From assembly GCA_013265495.1 (NCBI GenBank), contig MU058540.1, forward strand, positions 1,017,696 to 1,081,695: a stretch of DNA of 64,000 nucleotides, given 5' to 3'. The notes beneath the pieces were generated by a model, which made no database searches, was not told the DNA's origin, and was given only the letters and a program-made list of their open reading frames with translations. The DNA is from Vicugna vicugna (lineage: Eukaryota). Below are positions 62,141-64,000 of the stretch, in pieces. A program made the translations under genes and the position numbers. Within the stretch, counting starts at the first letter, position 1. Every line of letters begins with the position of its first letter.

Positions 62141-64000
62141 AAGGTATATGTGGTTATTAATATGATACCAATTGCACCGAAGATTTTAACAGGCTTACCT
62201 CAAAAATTCCAACTAATCTTCCCAATGTCCCTTTTACTCCAGCCTGAAGAGTGAAAAAGAAAAAATCACACATTAATATTGCTTACATTGCTGGTCTTAT
62301 TCTGAATCTTCCTGGGCAATTTGTAAAACAGAAATAAACAAGAGGACACAGCTCAGGCGGACTCCAGGCCCGTGAGGGTCCTACCAGTGTTTCCTCTGCG
62401 TCACAGACCAACAACAGCAGAGTATACTCTAGGGAGGGAGGATTCTTCTCATCTCCTCCCTGTCTCTCACCACTGCAAAACTGGCTAAACAGAGCAAGAT
62501 AATCAAGGCCACAGTTATACTAAAGATATTTTGAGGTATGAATTACCTCACTCATTTACCCATTCAACCAATTACACTGAACACCAAATTTGAGGCAGAT
62601 AACTGTGTAGATGCCAGAGGTAGAGTGATGAATAGCCTAGACCACAAGGTCCATGAGAGCCAGGCAATCCTTATCTGACTTGTTCTTGGCTCTCTGTACA
62701 CAGTATGCCCAGATCAGAGCTCAGCAACCTGCACGAGCTCAGTAAAGCATCAGTCAACAAAACATAAATATAAAAAGAAATGCACAGAGCATGTGATTGA
62801 CAGAGAATGATGGGGAGGGGGCAACTTTTTACAGTGGTTAGGTCTTTGTAGTATATAGTCTGTATCTCCCATTAGCCCTTTGGTAATTTTTTTTTTTTTT
62901 TAAGATCTGTGTCTTTCTGGTGCATTACAGGTGAAATTTTCACTCTATTCCAATTTACTAATTTTCTTTTCAACCACATCCAGGCTAGACTTATCTATTT
63001 CTAGTCCGTTTTTTATCTGATATTGCTCATTTTTATTTGTTCTTTACATATCCATCTGTTTCCATTATGTACATCTTTGTTTCCATGGTTTTTTGTTCTT
63101 TTAAAAATGAAGCTATTCTAACACTGTAAATAAACTACACTTCAATAAAAAAAAGAATAAAAAAATAGAAATTATTCCTCTGTTTACTTTTTGAACATCC
63201 TGAAGATATTTAAGTTATCTGTCAGACCATGCTATAAAATTCATTTCACCTAAAGTAAATTCACATTCCAATTGGTGAAGAGCTTACTTGTGATGTTGCC
63301 AATACCATGTTTGCTAGAGCCAGGTCTTAAAGCCATAATTTAGGGTTCCTGTCCCAAGGTAATATAGGGAATACTGCAGATGGGCCCTGGAATCAGAAGA
63401 TGCCTTGGCTCCATCCTTTACTGTCCACCGCATCTATGTCTTTTCCCAACCTAGGCCCATGTCTTTCTAAAAGTCTCAGCTGTTGGTGTCTTTTCCATTG
63501 AGCACTTGGCCTCCCCCTTAATCCAAGGGCTCCAACCATCAGCCACCCAAGGACACACAGGCTGCAATTTTCCCATCCTGTTCTGTAATTCTGCTCTGTT
63601 TCTGATCTATGGAGGCATCCACCTTGCTTCTGATTCAGGTTATGTCTTTTTTTAGCTTTTGACTTGTTTATCTATCTCTGCTAGGAGCAGAAGGGGTGAG
63701 AGGTAAGGGAAAGATTTCCCTGGAAATACCTGGGGCTGTGGTAACTTTTTCCTGTTACTACTGCCATGTTATTTTCTATAATAAATTAAAAATTAAGGCA
63801 AATATACTTTCCAAAGATAGTAGGTACTCAGTAAGTCTGCACAGAATGAACAAAAATTTTAAATAAGTACTCCAAAAGTTCTTTAGAGATATTTAAGAAT
63901 AGAAACAATAAAAGCCAATTTAAAGGTCTAGATTCTTGGGTGAGCTATATTTTGAAATTTTTTGCTAACTATCCATCAAGGAATTCTTTTTTTTAATGGT

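Overview
Mammalian genomic DNA containing the HMGA1-SMIM29-NUDT3 gene cluster. The species is probably a camelid, inferred from five copies of a tRNA-derived SINE resembling the Vic-1 family. HMGA1 (+) is complete: two non-coding 5' exons in a large CpG island (~27.7-31.1 kb), four coding exons at 33403-37512 (107-aa HMGA1a, or 96-aa HMGA1b via an alternative donor) and a poly(A) signal at 38746. SMIM29/C6orf1 (-) is complete: 102 aa, four coding exons at 40328-39378, CpG promoter near 41.5 kb, ending about 175 bp from the HMGA1 3' end. Only the last two coding exons of NUDT3 (-) are present (61057-60973 and 57792-57614), followed by a 3'UTR of up to ~8 kb. The first 27 kb is repeat-rich intergenic DNA (L1, L2, MIR, MaLR and MER21-like LTRs, hAT transposons, SINEs) with several candidate regulatory elements. 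The most notable observations are a recent-looking nested duplication at 8.4-10.3 kb, a mirtron-like hairpin resembling human MIR6835, a full bipartite CTCF motif, an orphan CpG island with paired AP-1 sites, two uORFs overlapping the SMIM29 start codon, and poly(A) signals fused to regulatory motifs. I found no convincing novel protein-coding system; nearly all ORFs in the track look spurious. Gene, repeat and miRNA identities come from recalled sequences, not database searches.
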